Source: Dehalococcoidia bacterium
Lineage (GTDB): Bacteria > Chloroflexota > Dehalococcoidia > UBA2979
DNA length: 64,000 nucleotides
Assembly: GCA_965262725.1 (NCBI GenBank)
Contig: OZ253555.1
Location: 1,088,001 to 1,152,000 of the forward strand
Direction: 5' to 3'
Shown piece after piece: positions 30,125-39,205 of this stretch. The notes below the pieces were generated by a model that saw only the letters and a list, made by a program, of their open reading frames with translations, ran no database searches and had not been told where the DNA came from. How positions within the stretch are numbered: position 1 is the first letter of the stretch; each line of letters starts with the position of its first letter. The translations under genes were made by a program, and so were the position numbers.

Positions 30125-31417
30125 CTGCGCAGCACCTCGAGAACGGCGGGCGCCCCGCGCGGGCTCTTCTACGGCTGGGTCGTCGTCGGTGCCGGGACGG
30201 CATCGGCGTTCTCGGCGGTCGTCTTCTTCAACCCGATCCTGGGTGTCTTTGTCTCCGAGCTGCACGCCGAGTTCGGATGGACGCGTGCCCAGCTCGCGCT
30301 CGCGATCACGATCGGCAGCGTGGCCGCGGGGCTGGGCGGGCCGCTTGCCGGCTGGGCCGTCGACCGCTGGGGCGGGCGCTGGGTGATCGCGGCGGGAGCC
30401 GCCGTGCTCGCGATCTGCCTCGTGCTCCTCTCCGGGATGAGCGAGCTCTGGCAGCTCTACGCCCTCTACTCAACCGGCCGCGCGATCTCTTTCGCCCTCG
30501 TGGCGAGCGCCGCGTACGTGGCCGTCTCCAACTGGTTCTTGCGTCGCCGCGGCCTCGCCGTCGGGATCGTCGCGGCCGGCTCTCGCGCGGGCATGGCGAT
30601 TCTGCCGCTTCTGGTCGCCGTCGTCATCAGCGCGACCGGTTCGTGGCGCGCCGGGTGGCTGGCTCTCGCCGCGGTCGCAGCGGCGATCGGCATCCTTCCC
30701 TCCCTGGTCCTGATCCGTCGTCGCCCGGAGGACATGGGGCTGCGCCCGGATGGCGATGTTGCCCCGCTCGAGGGGACCGGGGGGACGGCGGCTGCCGCCC
30801 TGGAGGTCGACCTCGCGTTCGACTACGACCTGAGACAGGCGCTGCGGACCCGCGCGTTCTGGCTGATCGGGATGTCGCTCGCGTTCGCGATGTTTGCCCA
30901 GGGATCGGTCAATTTTCACCAGATTCCGTACCTCCAGGATCAGGGACTCTCGCGCACGCACGCAGCGCTGGTGGTCTCCATTTTTTCCTCGATCGGAGCG
31001 CTGGGAGGCCTCGCCGGGGGACTGCTCTCGGCACGGTTGCGCATGCGGTGGACGATGGTGCTCTCGCTGATCGGGATGGCCGGCGGCATTCTGCTTCTGC
31101 TCAACGTGGAGACGATCGCGGAGGCCCTGACGTACGCGGTCATCTATGGCTTCTTCTTCGGGTCGAACTTCACCCTGGTGCAGGCTATCTATGCGGATTA
31201 CTTCGGGCGCCGCTCGCTCGGGTTGATCCGCGGCGCGTTCCAGCCCGTGCAGCTCGGCATGAACGCCGCCGGCCCGTTCGTGGCCGGGCTCTGGTTCGAT
31301 CGCACGGGGTCCTATGCCGCCCCCTTTGCGCTCTTCGCGCTGCTCTTCCTGGTCGCCGCCGTGGCCATTGCGTTCGCGAGCTACCCGTCGCGCAGCGTGC
31401 CCGGCGAGAGCTCGTAG
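30125..31417 (+). CDS. MFS transporter (OFA/MCT-like)
   Basis: multi-TM ORF with FYGWVVV N-terminus, GWAVDRWGGR, WFLRRRGLA, DYFGRRSLG; start proposed at CTG 30125 after SD GAGGGGAG (first canonical start, 30320, truncates TM1-2). Confidence 0.85.
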   Translation: MRSTSRTAGAPRGLFYGWVVVGAGTASAFSAVVFFNPILGVFVSELHAEFGWTRAQLALAITIGSVAAGLGGPLAGWAVDRWGGRWVIAAGAAVLAICLVLLSGMSELWQLYALYSTGRAISFALVASAAYVAVSNWFLRRRGLAVGIVAAGSRAGMAILPLLVAVVISATGSWRAGWLALAAVAAAIGILPSLVLIRRRPEDMGLRPDGDVAPLEGTGGTAAAALEVDLAFDYDLRQALRTRAFWLIGMSLAFAMFAQGSVNFHQIPYLQDQGLSRTHAALVVSIFSSIGALGGLAGGLLSARLRMRWTMVLSLIGMAGGILLLLNVETIAEALTYAVIYGFFFGSNFTLVQAIYADYFGRRSLGLIRGAFQPVQLGMNAAGPFVAGLWFDRTGSYAAPFALFALLFLVAAVAIAFASYPSRSVPGESS

Positions 31418-31579
31418 TCGGAGCGTGCCGGTCGCCCTGAGGTTTGGGAGGCTCGGTCCGGATCGCCCGCCGCGGGGTCCCGGCGCTCAATTGTCAAGGT
31501 GAGTTGACTTCTTCACGGATCCGTGCTTGTATCCCGATGCTGGTGCCCGGCCGCAGGGGCTCTCGCTGGCGGGGAAGTG

Positions 31580-32287
31580 ATGTCGATGGGTCCGCTTGCC
31601 GCTCTCGACGTGCGTCAACTCGCCGCTGAGTTTATCGGCGCGTTCGTGCTCATCTTTGCCGGCGCCGGCTCGATCATCCTCTTCTCCGGCAATGCCGCCG
31701 GGGTGGTGGTGATCGCGCTCGCGCACGGACTGGCGATTGCCGTGATGGTCTCGACCTTCGGCCACATCTCCGGCGGACTGTTCAACCCGGCGCTCACCGT
31801 CGGCCTCTGGGTGACGCGTCGGCTCGACACGCTGACCACCGCGAGCTTCGTGCTCGCCCAGCTCGCCGGGGCGACAGTGGCCGCTTGGGCCCTCCTGCCG
31901 CTCTTCCCCGAGGTGCAGCGCGAGGCCGTGAACCTCGGGGTTCCTGAGCTCGGCCCGGCGACGACCTTCGCGCAGGGCGTCGGCCTTGAGGCGGTGATGA
32001 CGCTGATCCTGATGCTCGTCGTCTTCGGCACGGCGATCGACGGCCGCGGGCCCAAGCTCGGCGGATTCGCGATCGGCCTGACGATCACGCTCGACATCCT
32101 CTTCGGCGGGCCGTTGACCGGCGCTGCGATGAACCCGGCCCGGGCGTTCGGTCCGGCGCTCGCGCAGCTGTCGTGGGATAGCCATCTCGTCTACTGGATC
32201 GGGCCGCTAGTTGGCGCCGTGGCGGGTGCCCTGATCTACCACTACGTCTTCATGCCCGACGAAGAGGAGGTCATGGCCACCGGCTGA
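31580..32287 (+). CDS. MIP/aquaporin family channel
   Basis: AEFIG, ISGGLFNPA and MNPARAFGP (two NPA motifs), YWIGP. Confidence 0.93.
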   Translation: MSMGPLAALDVRQLAAEFIGAFVLIFAGAGSIILFSGNAAGVVVIALAHGLAIAVMVSTFGHISGGLFNPALTVGLWVTRRLDTLTTASFVLAQLAGATVAAWALLPLFPEVQREAVNLGVPELGPATTFAQGVGLEAVMTLILMLVVFGTAIDGRGPKLGGFAIGLTITLDILFGGPLTGAAMNPARAFGPALAQLSWDSHLVYWIGPLVGAVAGALIYHYVFMPDEEEVMATG

Positions 32288-32370
32288 TCCGCGGTACGCC
32301 GCGGCCGCACCCACAGAAACCAGCATCTGCCCCACCCAACTACCCCCGCCGCGCGGCAGATGTCTGGTCA

Positions 32371-32407
32371 GAGAGCGGGCCTCGGTGGCCCGCTCTCGCT
32401 CTCTCTG
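32371..32407 (+). terminator. probable intrinsic terminator between aquaporin and dut
   Basis: perfect 11-bp stem GAGAGCGGGCC-TCGGT-GGCCCGCTCTC followed by a pyrimidine run. Confidence 0.5.
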
Positions 32408-32491
32408 GCGCGATGGCACCGAGGGGCCGGCCTCGGGCAAAACGCTCCGCGACCTGGCACGCCGCCGCGGCGCGCGTGCGGTTGATCGTGA

Positions 32492-32995
32492 CTACCGGCC
32501 GGTCGAGCCGTGACCTCCCGCCCCTCGAGACGTCGCGTCGAGCTCGGAGACGACTCTCCAGTTGACGGGCTCGAGGCGCGCCACGACGAGCTGCGCGATG
32601 CGGTCGCCGTCTCGCAGCATATGTCCCTCGGAGCCGGGCAGGCAGTACATGGTCACGAACAGCTCTCCGCGGTAGTCCGCGTCAAGCGTTCCGAGGGTCG
32701 TCATAACGCCGCGCAGCGAGAGCCCGGAGCGCGGCCGGATCTGGACATCCACCCCCGGGGGAGCGCCGACGGCGAGCCCGGTCGGTACCATCGTGGGCGA
32801 TGCGCGGAGTCGGAGGTGGCCGCCCTCCAGGCAGGCATGCAGGTCGTAGCCCGACGCGAGGGCGCTCTGGCGCTCGGGCAGGCGCGCGCCCGGACGCAGG
32901 AGCACGACGTCAAGCGTCGGCTCGCCGGTGCCGGGCACCGTCTCTGGTGAGCGCGCGCCCACCTCCGCGTGGTGGGTGCGTCCGGTCGTGGTCAT
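32492..32995 (-). CDS. dut: dUTP diphosphatase
   Basis: ASGYDL, RPRSGL, GTLDADYRGE, GDRIAQL, RGAGGHGSTG. Confidence 0.95.
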   Translation of the reverse strand: MTTTGRTHHAEVGARSPETVPGTGEPTLDVVLLRPGARLPERQSALASGYDLHACLEGGHLRLRASPTMVPTGLAVGAPPGVDVQIRPRSGLSLRGVMTTLGTLDADYRGELFVTMYCLPGSEGHMLRDGDRIAQLVVARLEPVNWRVVSELDATSRGAGGHGSTGR

Positions 32996-33105
32996 CGCAG
33001 GGCACGCTAGCGGGCAGCGTCCCGCCCGGGGGGCGACTGCCCACAGCCATATCGACGGCATGCGAACGCCGGGCGGCGATGATCCCGCGTGGCGGTGGGC
33101 GAGGG

Positions 33106-33618
33106 CTAGGTGGTCTGACGCTCGCGGGCGCGTGCGATGCCCTTCCCCTTCTTGGGGGTCAGCACCTCGATCGGGTAGATCGTCTTCTTGAGCATCTCGC
33201 GCGGCGGGTCGATGTAGATCGCCGCCCAGCCGCACGCCTCCTCACAGAGACGGCAGCCGACGCACTTCTTCGCGTCCACGATGGTGATCCCGTAGAAGTC
33301 GTGGCTGTTGGGCGCGTCGGAGAGAGAGAGGGCATCGAACGGGCAGATGTTGATGCAGAGTTCGCAGCCAGAGCCGATGCAATTCTCCTCGACGACCTTC
33401 GCGAGGGGAAGCTCCTTCCGCGGGAAGGTGCGGCAGATGTCACCGATCTCGTCGAGGATCGCCTCCGGCGGGCACACGGCTCCGCACGCACCGCAGTCGA
33501 TGCACAGCTCGGGGTCGATGACGTGCAACTCGTCCCGCAGCCCGGTGATCGCCTCGACGGGGCACTTCAGGGTGCACGCTGTGCAGCCGATGCAGGTCTC
33601 GATGATGGTGTAGGTCAC
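33106..33618 (-). CDS. 4x[4Fe-4S] polyferredoxin-like protein
   Basis: CIGCTAC..CP, CIDCGAC..CP, CIGSGCELC..CP, CVGCRLC..C; SD AGGAGG. Confidence 0.88.
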   Translation of the reverse strand: MTYTIIETCIGCTACTLKCPVEAITGLRDELHVIDPELCIDCGACGAVCPPEAILDEIGDICRTFPRKELPLAKVVEENCIGSGCELCINICPFDALSLSDAPNSHDFYGITIVDAKKCVGCRLCEEACGWAAIYIDPPREMLKKTIYPIEVLTPKKGKGIARARERQTT

Positions 33619-33869
33619 GAGTCCTCCTGCGATGCCGCGCGCCGCTCACCCTGTGCGCGGTCAGGCTAGCATCGGCAGGTATGGCCAGCAAGAAAGGACC
33701 GGAGACCGGCGCACGCGGACATCCGACCGTACTCCGACGCGTCGACTGGGCCGCGCGGCCGAGGCGCCCGGCCTGAGGCGCCCGCGTGACCGGCATGAGT
33801 CCTATCCCGGTGTCCACGCCACCGGACGGCGCGGCCGCTGGTAGGATTTCGGGGCGGGAAGGGCGAGCG

Positions 33870-34730
33870 GTGGGGGTCACTGTCGGCGCGCACGTCTCAA
33901 GCTCGGGCGGCATATTCACGGCGGTCGAACGCGCGGTGGCGATCGAGGCGGAGGCCGTTCAGATCTTCCCCAGCGCGCCGCAGATGTGGCGGCCCACCAA
34001 CCACAAGCCCGAGGCCATCTCGCGGTTCCGCGAACTCCGCGAGCAGCACGGGATCGTCCAGGTGTGGCTCCACAACATCTACCTCGCGAACCTCGCGGCG
34101 GAGGATCCGGAGCAGCTGAGGAAGTCCGTCGATTCCGTCGTGAACGCGCTGCGCGTCGCCGATGCGATCGGCGCCGACGGTGTAGTCCTGCACACCGGTT
34201 CCCACCGGGGCCGTGGTTTCGACGCGGTGGTCGAGCAGGTGGTCCGCGCGCTCGAGCACATCCTCGAGGCGGCTCCGGGAGACGCTCTACTGGCGCTGGA
34301 GAACACCGCGGGACAGGGGGGCACGATTGGCGCGCGGTTCGCGGAGGTCGGCGTCCTCCTCCACGCCGTCGGCTCTGCTCGTCTCGCTCTCTGCTTCGAC
34401 ACCTGCCACGCGTTCGCCGCTGGCTACGATGTCGCCCGTCCGGAGGGGCTCGACGCCACGATGGAGGAGGTCGACCGGGAAGTGGGTCTCGATCGACTCG
34501 TCGTCGTGCACGCCAACGACGCGATGATGGAGCTGGGCAGCGGGCGGGACCGTCACGAGAATATCGGCGACGGGCACATCGGGCTCGACGGCTTCCACGG
34601 CCTGCTGGCGCACCCGGCGTTCGCCGATCGCGCGTTCATCTTGGAGGTGCCGGGCCTTCCCCCCGAAGGCGGGGGGAAGGCGGACGGTCCCGACGTCGAG
34701 AACGTGCGCCGCCTGCGCGCACTCCTTTAG
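33870..34730 (+). CDS. nfo: endonuclease IV
   Basis: GAHVSSSGG, YLANLA, LHTGS, LENTAGQG, CFDTCHAFAAGYD, HAND, DRHENIG. Confidence 0.95.
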   Translation: MGVTVGAHVSSSGGIFTAVERAVAIEAEAVQIFPSAPQMWRPTNHKPEAISRFRELREQHGIVQVWLHNIYLANLAAEDPEQLRKSVDSVVNALRVADAIGADGVVLHTGSHRGRGFDAVVEQVVRALEHILEAAPGDALLALENTAGQGGTIGARFAEVGVLLHAVGSARLALCFDTCHAFAAGYDVARPEGLDATMEEVDREVGLDRLVVVHANDAMMELGSGRDRHENIGDGHIGLDGFHGLLAHPAFADRAFILEVPGLPPEGGGKADGPDVENVRRLRALL

Positions 34731-35906
34731 GGATGGTCTGAACAACTCGCCTGAGGGAGTGAGCGGATGCGATCATGGGGCGACCCGGAGAGGGGTGCCT
34801 GATGCAACAGCGTTCGTTCGGCAGCGTCGAGTACGAGTACAAGAGGGTCAAGACGAAGCGGCAGACGTTCCTCGAGCGCATGGACAGGCTCGTCCCCTGG
34901 GCTGAGCTGGAGGAGCGCATCGCGCCCGTCTACCCGAAGCGCGGCCGCGGACGCCGCCCCTACCCGCTGCGGGTGATGCTACGCATCCACTGCCTCCAGC
35001 TGTGGTTCAACCTCAGCGACCCCGGCATGGAGCAGGAACTCTACGATTCCCGTTCGATGCTCGAGTTCGCCGGTCTCAGCCTCTCCGAGCCGATTCCCGG
35101 TGAGACGACGATCCTCCATTTCCGCCACCTGCTGGAGCGTCACCAGTTGGGAACGGCGCTGTTTGCCACGATCAACGCGCACCTCGCAGCGCGCGGTCTG
35201 CTGGTGCGCGAGGGGACGATCGTGGACTCCACGATCATCAGCGCGCCGTCATCGACGAAGAATCAGGAGCATGAGCGCGACCCCGAGATGCATCAGACCA
35301 GGAAGGGCCGGCAGTGGTTCTTCGGGATGAAGCTGCGCACCGGCACGGATGCGCGGACGGGGCTGGTCCACAGCGTGAGCACGACGGCGGCGAACGTCTC
35401 CGACGTGACCGAGGCGCATCGCCTGTTGCACGGAGGTGAGACCGCGGTGTGGGGCGATGCCGGCTACCAGGGAGCGGAGAAGCGCCCGGAGCACGCGCGG
35501 TCGGGGGTGAGCTGGCAGGTGGCGATGCGCCCGGGTGTGAGGCGGCAGCTGGTGCCAGGGGGCGATGAGGCACAGGCGGAGCGGCGGAAGGCCTCGGTGC
35601 GTGCGAAGGCTGAGCATCCGTTCCTCTACGTGAAGCGGCACTTCGGGTACGCGAAGGTCCGCTACCGGGGTCTTGAGAAGAACCGCCAGCGTCTCGCGCT
35701 GCTGCTCGGTTTCACGAACCTGCTGCGAGCCGAGCCTCAGCTCGCCTGATCGCGGGAGCGCTGCGTCCGGAATCGCTCGTGCGGGCGATCCCGCAGCGGA
35801 ATGGGAGCGGGATCGCCCCCTGCACCGCGGCATCGGCTCCCGCAGCGCAGCGCGGCACGCCGATCGGCCCGCACCGCGCCCGATACGCCACCTGTTCAGA
35901 CCATCC
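34731..35906 (+). mobile_element. IS5-family insertion sequence (1176 bp)
   Basis: perfect 14-bp TIR GGATGGTCTGAACA; TTAG duplicated at 34727-34730 and 35907-35910. Confidence 0.93.
34802..35749 (+). CDS. IS5 family transposase
   Basis: GRRPYPL..MLRIH, IVDST, QWFFGMK, WGDAGY, RAKAEHPF, KVRYRG. Confidence 0.95.
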   Translation: MQQRSFGSVEYEYKRVKTKRQTFLERMDRLVPWAELEERIAPVYPKRGRGRRPYPLRVMLRIHCLQLWFNLSDPGMEQELYDSRSMLEFAGLSLSEPIPGETTILHFRHLLERHQLGTALFATINAHLAARGLLVREGTIVDSTIISAPSSTKNQEHERDPEMHQTRKGRQWFFGMKLRTGTDARTGLVHSVSTTAANVSDVTEAHRLLHGGETAVWGDAGYQGAEKRPEHARSGVSWQVAMRPGVRRQLVPGGDEAQAERRKASVRAKAEHPFLYVKRHFGYAKVRYRGLEKNRQRLALLLGFTNLLRAEPQLA

Positions 35907-36001
35907 TTAGCTCCTCGCCGCCGGTGAGCGGTCGCGTCCGTGCGCCGCTCGGCGCCGCTGCTCCGGCCGGTCCCGTGGCGGAAACGGAACGTGAGTCCGG
36001 T

Positions 36002-36364
36002 CTACGCGGACGGGCGGACCCGTCGAGCGTAGCCGGCGAGACTCAGGAACTCGTCCTCCCAGTGGAGCAGCTCCACCAGTACCTCGCGTGTGAGGGCGCC
36101 AGGCTTCACCGGCACGCCCTCGGCCTCGAAGCGATCGACGAGGTGAAGCGACATCGAGTGGTGGTCCATCTCGGGATCGTCGAAATCGGCCCGGACCACC
36201 CGTTCCAGCTCCATCATGAGGTCGACCAGCTCGGCGGGGACGAAGCCGCCCAGCTCCTCGGAGACCTGCTCGGCGATCCAGTCAGCGCCCTCTTCGGTGA
36301 GCCGCGGGGGCAACGCGCCGGAGTCGCCCGTCGCTGGCTCGTCCGCTCCCGGGGGCGGGGGCAT
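36002..36364 (-). CDS. hypothetical acidic protein
   Basis: 120-aa ORF with protein-like composition and SD GGAG; co-oriented downstream of the CoA-transferase pair. Confidence 0.7.
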   Translation of the reverse strand: MPPPPGADEPATGDSGALPPRLTEEGADWIAEQVSEELGGFVPAELVDLMMELERVVRADFDDPEMDHHSMSLHLVDRFEAEGVPVKPGALTREVLVELLHWEDEFLSLAGYARRVRPSA

Positions 36365-36384
36365 CGCGCTCTCCTGCCCGGCCG

Positions 36385-37632
36385 CTACTGCAGGACCCCC
36401 TCGGCAACGAGATCCGCGATCTCGTCGGCCGAGAGGCCGAGCAGGTCGAGCGCCACCTCGAACGTGTGCTCGCCGAGCATCGGTGCGGCGCGCTCAAGCC
36501 CCACCGGACTCTCCGACATCTCCCATCCGGGGCCGTCGTACCAGCGCAGGCCGGCTTCGGCGTGCTCGAGCTGGACGAAGTAGCCCCGCTCGCGCACGTG
36601 CTGATCCTCCAGCACCTCGCGCGCGTTCTGGACGAGGCCCGCGGGGATGCCGGCGCGCTGGAGCCGGTGGACCAGCTCGTCGCCGTCCTGCTCGGCAGCC
36701 CATCCGGCGATCAACTGGTCGAGGCTGTCCTGGTTTGCGAGGCGGTCGTCGAGGGTGCGGAAGCGCGCATCATCCGCCCACTCCGGGTATCCGCAGATCT
36801 CGGCGGCGAGGGTGCGCCACTGCCCCTCGTCGAGGCAGGCGAGCGCCACCCAGCGGTCCGAACGATCGGGCGCATCCTGTGTTCGATAGGCCCCGTGGGG
36901 CGCGGCGTAGGGAACGCGGTTTCCGGCGCGCACGTAGGTGCCGCCTCCGTTGTCGTGGGCGAAGAGCGCCAGCGACATGGCGGCGATCGACGACTCGTCC
37001 TGCGAGACATCGATCATCTGGCCCTCGCCGGTCTTGCGCGCGTGGCGGAGCGCCGCGAGCGTGGCGATGTAGGCGTGCATCGGGTTGACGACGTAGTCGG
37101 GGTAGTTCGTGCCCACGCCTACGGGACGGTTCCCGGCGAAGCCGGAGAGGTAGTTCATTCCGCTGATCGCCGTGAGCATCGCGCCGAATCCCTGGAAGTC
37201 CTTGTGTGGGCCAGTGGTCCCCATCATCGGCATGTAGACGGCGACGAGGCGCGGGTTCTCGCGCGACACGACGTCCCACCCCATGCCGACCTGGCGCACG
37301 GCGCGGTTGGTCATGTTGGTGATCATCACGTCGGCCCAGCGAATGAGACTGAGACCCAGTTCATGACCGCGCTCGGTGGTGAGATCGATCGTGACCGATC
37401 GCTTGTTCGCGTTGTAGTTGTTGAAGTAGCCGGAGAGGTTGTAGCCGCGCGCGCCGCGCGGACGTGGCGCCATGGCGCGCAGCCCGTCGATGCGCTTGAC
37501 CGTCTCGACCTTGATGACATCCGCGCCGGCGGCGGCGAGCGCCCGTCCGGCGATCGGGCCGGCGCCGAACCACGAGAGATCCAGCACGTTGACGCCGGCG
37601 AGCGGCTTCCCGGTCGTGGGCGCACTCGTCAT
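36385..37632 (-). CDS. CoA-transferase family III (CaiB/BaiF), catalytic-type subunit
   Basis: PLAGVNVLDLS..GAGP, GADVIKVE, NANKRS, NYPD (catalytic Asp position), APMLGEHT. Confidence 0.92.
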   Translation of the reverse strand: MTSAPTTGKPLAGVNVLDLSWFGAGPIAGRALAAAGADVIKVETVKRIDGLRAMAPRPRGARGYNLSGYFNNYNANKRSVTIDLTTERGHELGLSLIRWADVMITNMTNRAVRQVGMGWDVVSRENPRLVAVYMPMMGTTGPHKDFQGFGAMLTAISGMNYLSGFAGNRPVGVGTNYPDYVVNPMHAYIATLAALRHARKTGEGQMIDVSQDESSIAAMSLALFAHDNGGGTYVRAGNRVPYAAPHGAYRTQDAPDRSDRWVALACLDEGQWRTLAAEICGYPEWADDARFRTLDDRLANQDSLDQLIAGWAAEQDGDELVHRLQRAGIPAGLVQNAREVLEDQHVRERGYFVQLEHAEAGLRWYDGPGWEMSESPVGLERAAPMLGEHTFEVALDLLGLSADEIADLVAEGVLQ

Positions 37633-38906
37633 GCCGTCACCTCCAGGGCTGCGATCTCGTCGTCGTCGAGACCGGCCTCAGCGAGTACCTCCGAAGTGTG
37701 CTCGCCGAGCAGCGGCGCGGGGCGGCGCAGCGTAGTCGGCGTCGCCTGCAGGCGGAAGGGGAAGCCGGGATAGCGCAGGGTCGCCCCCCGGGCGGCGTCC
37801 TCGATCTCCAAGAACCAGTCGCGTGCCAGGAGGTGCGGGTCGGCGGAGATGTCGGCCGGCGTTGCGATCAGGCCCACGAGTACCCGGCGCCTCTGCCCCT
37901 CCTCGTAGATGTAGCGAGCGGCGTGGGCGCGCATGAACGCGGTGACTAGCTGCTCCAGGTGGTCGAGAAAGCGCTGAACATCGGTGCGGCTCTCGTCGTC
38001 GGTCAGGAGGCGACGGAGGTTCGCGCCGTCCATCTGCGTCTGGATGAAACTCCAGTGCGGCTCATCTTTCAGGTCGCCGGCCTGTCCGTGCTCGTCCATC
38101 ATCTCGACGAGGCCGGCGAAGCCGGCGCCCGCCGTGCCGGTCGTCATGATGTAGACCATCCCCTCCCGGCACTCGTAGAGCCCGAACCCGGGGAGGTTCA
38201 TAGGGTTGACTTGGCTCGCCTCACCGAGTCGCTCGAGGATGACATCGCGGATGTCATAGTTCTGCAGCGCGGTCTCCTGGGCGATGCTGAGTGCCTCCTG
38301 CATCGAGACCTCGACGAGCTGTCCGGGTCCCCCGAGGTCGCGATGGAGCAGCGCCGTCAGCGTGCCGGCCACGGCGTCCAGAGAAGCGCAGTGGTAACCC
38401 TGGTGGTCGGGCAACGACTCGGGCGGGCCGTCGGGGAACCCCGCGAGGTTCATCACCCCCGACGTCGCGACGCCGACGATATCCGCGTAGGCCCACTCGG
38501 CGTGCGGGCCGCTCAGCCCGAAGCCGGTGATCGAGGTGTGGATCAGCGCCGGATTCGCCTCGCGCAGCTCGGCGTCGGTCAGGCGCAGCCGCCGCGCCTC
38601 CTGGGGCCGCCACGATTCGAGGACTATGTCGGCGCCCGCGACGAGGCGGAGAAGCGCCGCCCGGCCGCGCTCATGGTCGAGGTCGAGCAAGGCTCCGCGC
38701 TTGTTCGCGTTCAGCAGCAGGAACTGGAGCCCGCCCTCCAGCGGTGCGATCTGCGGAAGCGCGGGCCTGTAGCGGCGGGCGGCATCGCCCCCGGGAGGCT
38801 CCACCTTGATCACATCGGCGCCGAGATCGGCCAGTAGACGGCCCGCGTAGTGGCCGATCGGACCCGTGATGTCGAGCACACGCACGTCGGCGAGCGCTCC
38901 GCTCAC
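37629..38906 (-). CDS. CoA-transferase family III (CaiB/BaiF), BbsE-like subunit
   Basis: LADVRVLD, LADLGADVIKVEPPGGD, NANKRG, SITGFG..GP, APLLGEHT; ATGA overlap with its partner. Confidence 0.92.
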   Translation of the reverse strand: MSGALADVRVLDITGPIGHYAGRLLADLGADVIKVEPPGGDAARRYRPALPQIAPLEGGLQFLLLNANKRGALLDLDHERGRAALLRLVAGADIVLESWRPQEARRLRLTDAELREANPALIHTSITGFGLSGPHAEWAYADIVGVATSGVMNLAGFPDGPPESLPDHQGYHCASLDAVAGTLTALLHRDLGGPGQLVEVSMQEALSIAQETALQNYDIRDVILERLGEASQVNPMNLPGFGLYECREGMVYIMTTGTAGAGFAGLVEMMDEHGQAGDLKDEPHWSFIQTQMDGANLRRLLTDDESRTDVQRFLDHLEQLVTAFMRAHAARYIYEEGQRRRVLVGLIATPADISADPHLLARDWFLEIEDAARGATLRYPGFPFRLQATPTTLRRPAPLLGEHTSEVLAEAGLDDDEIAALEVTA

Positions 38907-39205
38907 GACTGCACCCGCGACCGTCCGCCGTTCATGCGCGCCTCCCTGAGCGGCGCCAGCTACTCCCAGGCCGCATTGGCAACGTGGGCGGGCGCCCGCC
39001 CATTCTGTTGGCGGCTGTGTGGGCCGTCAACGACGCACCAACGGTGATCATCGCGGGGACAAGCCTGACGTTGACGGGAAGATCACCCGAACCTAGGCTG
39101 GCGCAGCCTTCACGATCTCGGTCGTGTCGCGTTCGACGCGAGACGCGGCACCGGGCCACGCCAACACCGCGGAGCGGTTTCCACCCCGGACGAGGATTGA
39201 GCGCC

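Noticed and set aside
32996-33235. N-terminal extension of dut overlapping the ferredoxin gene
   Set aside because: No dUTPase-like content; ATG at 32995 gives a normal-length protein
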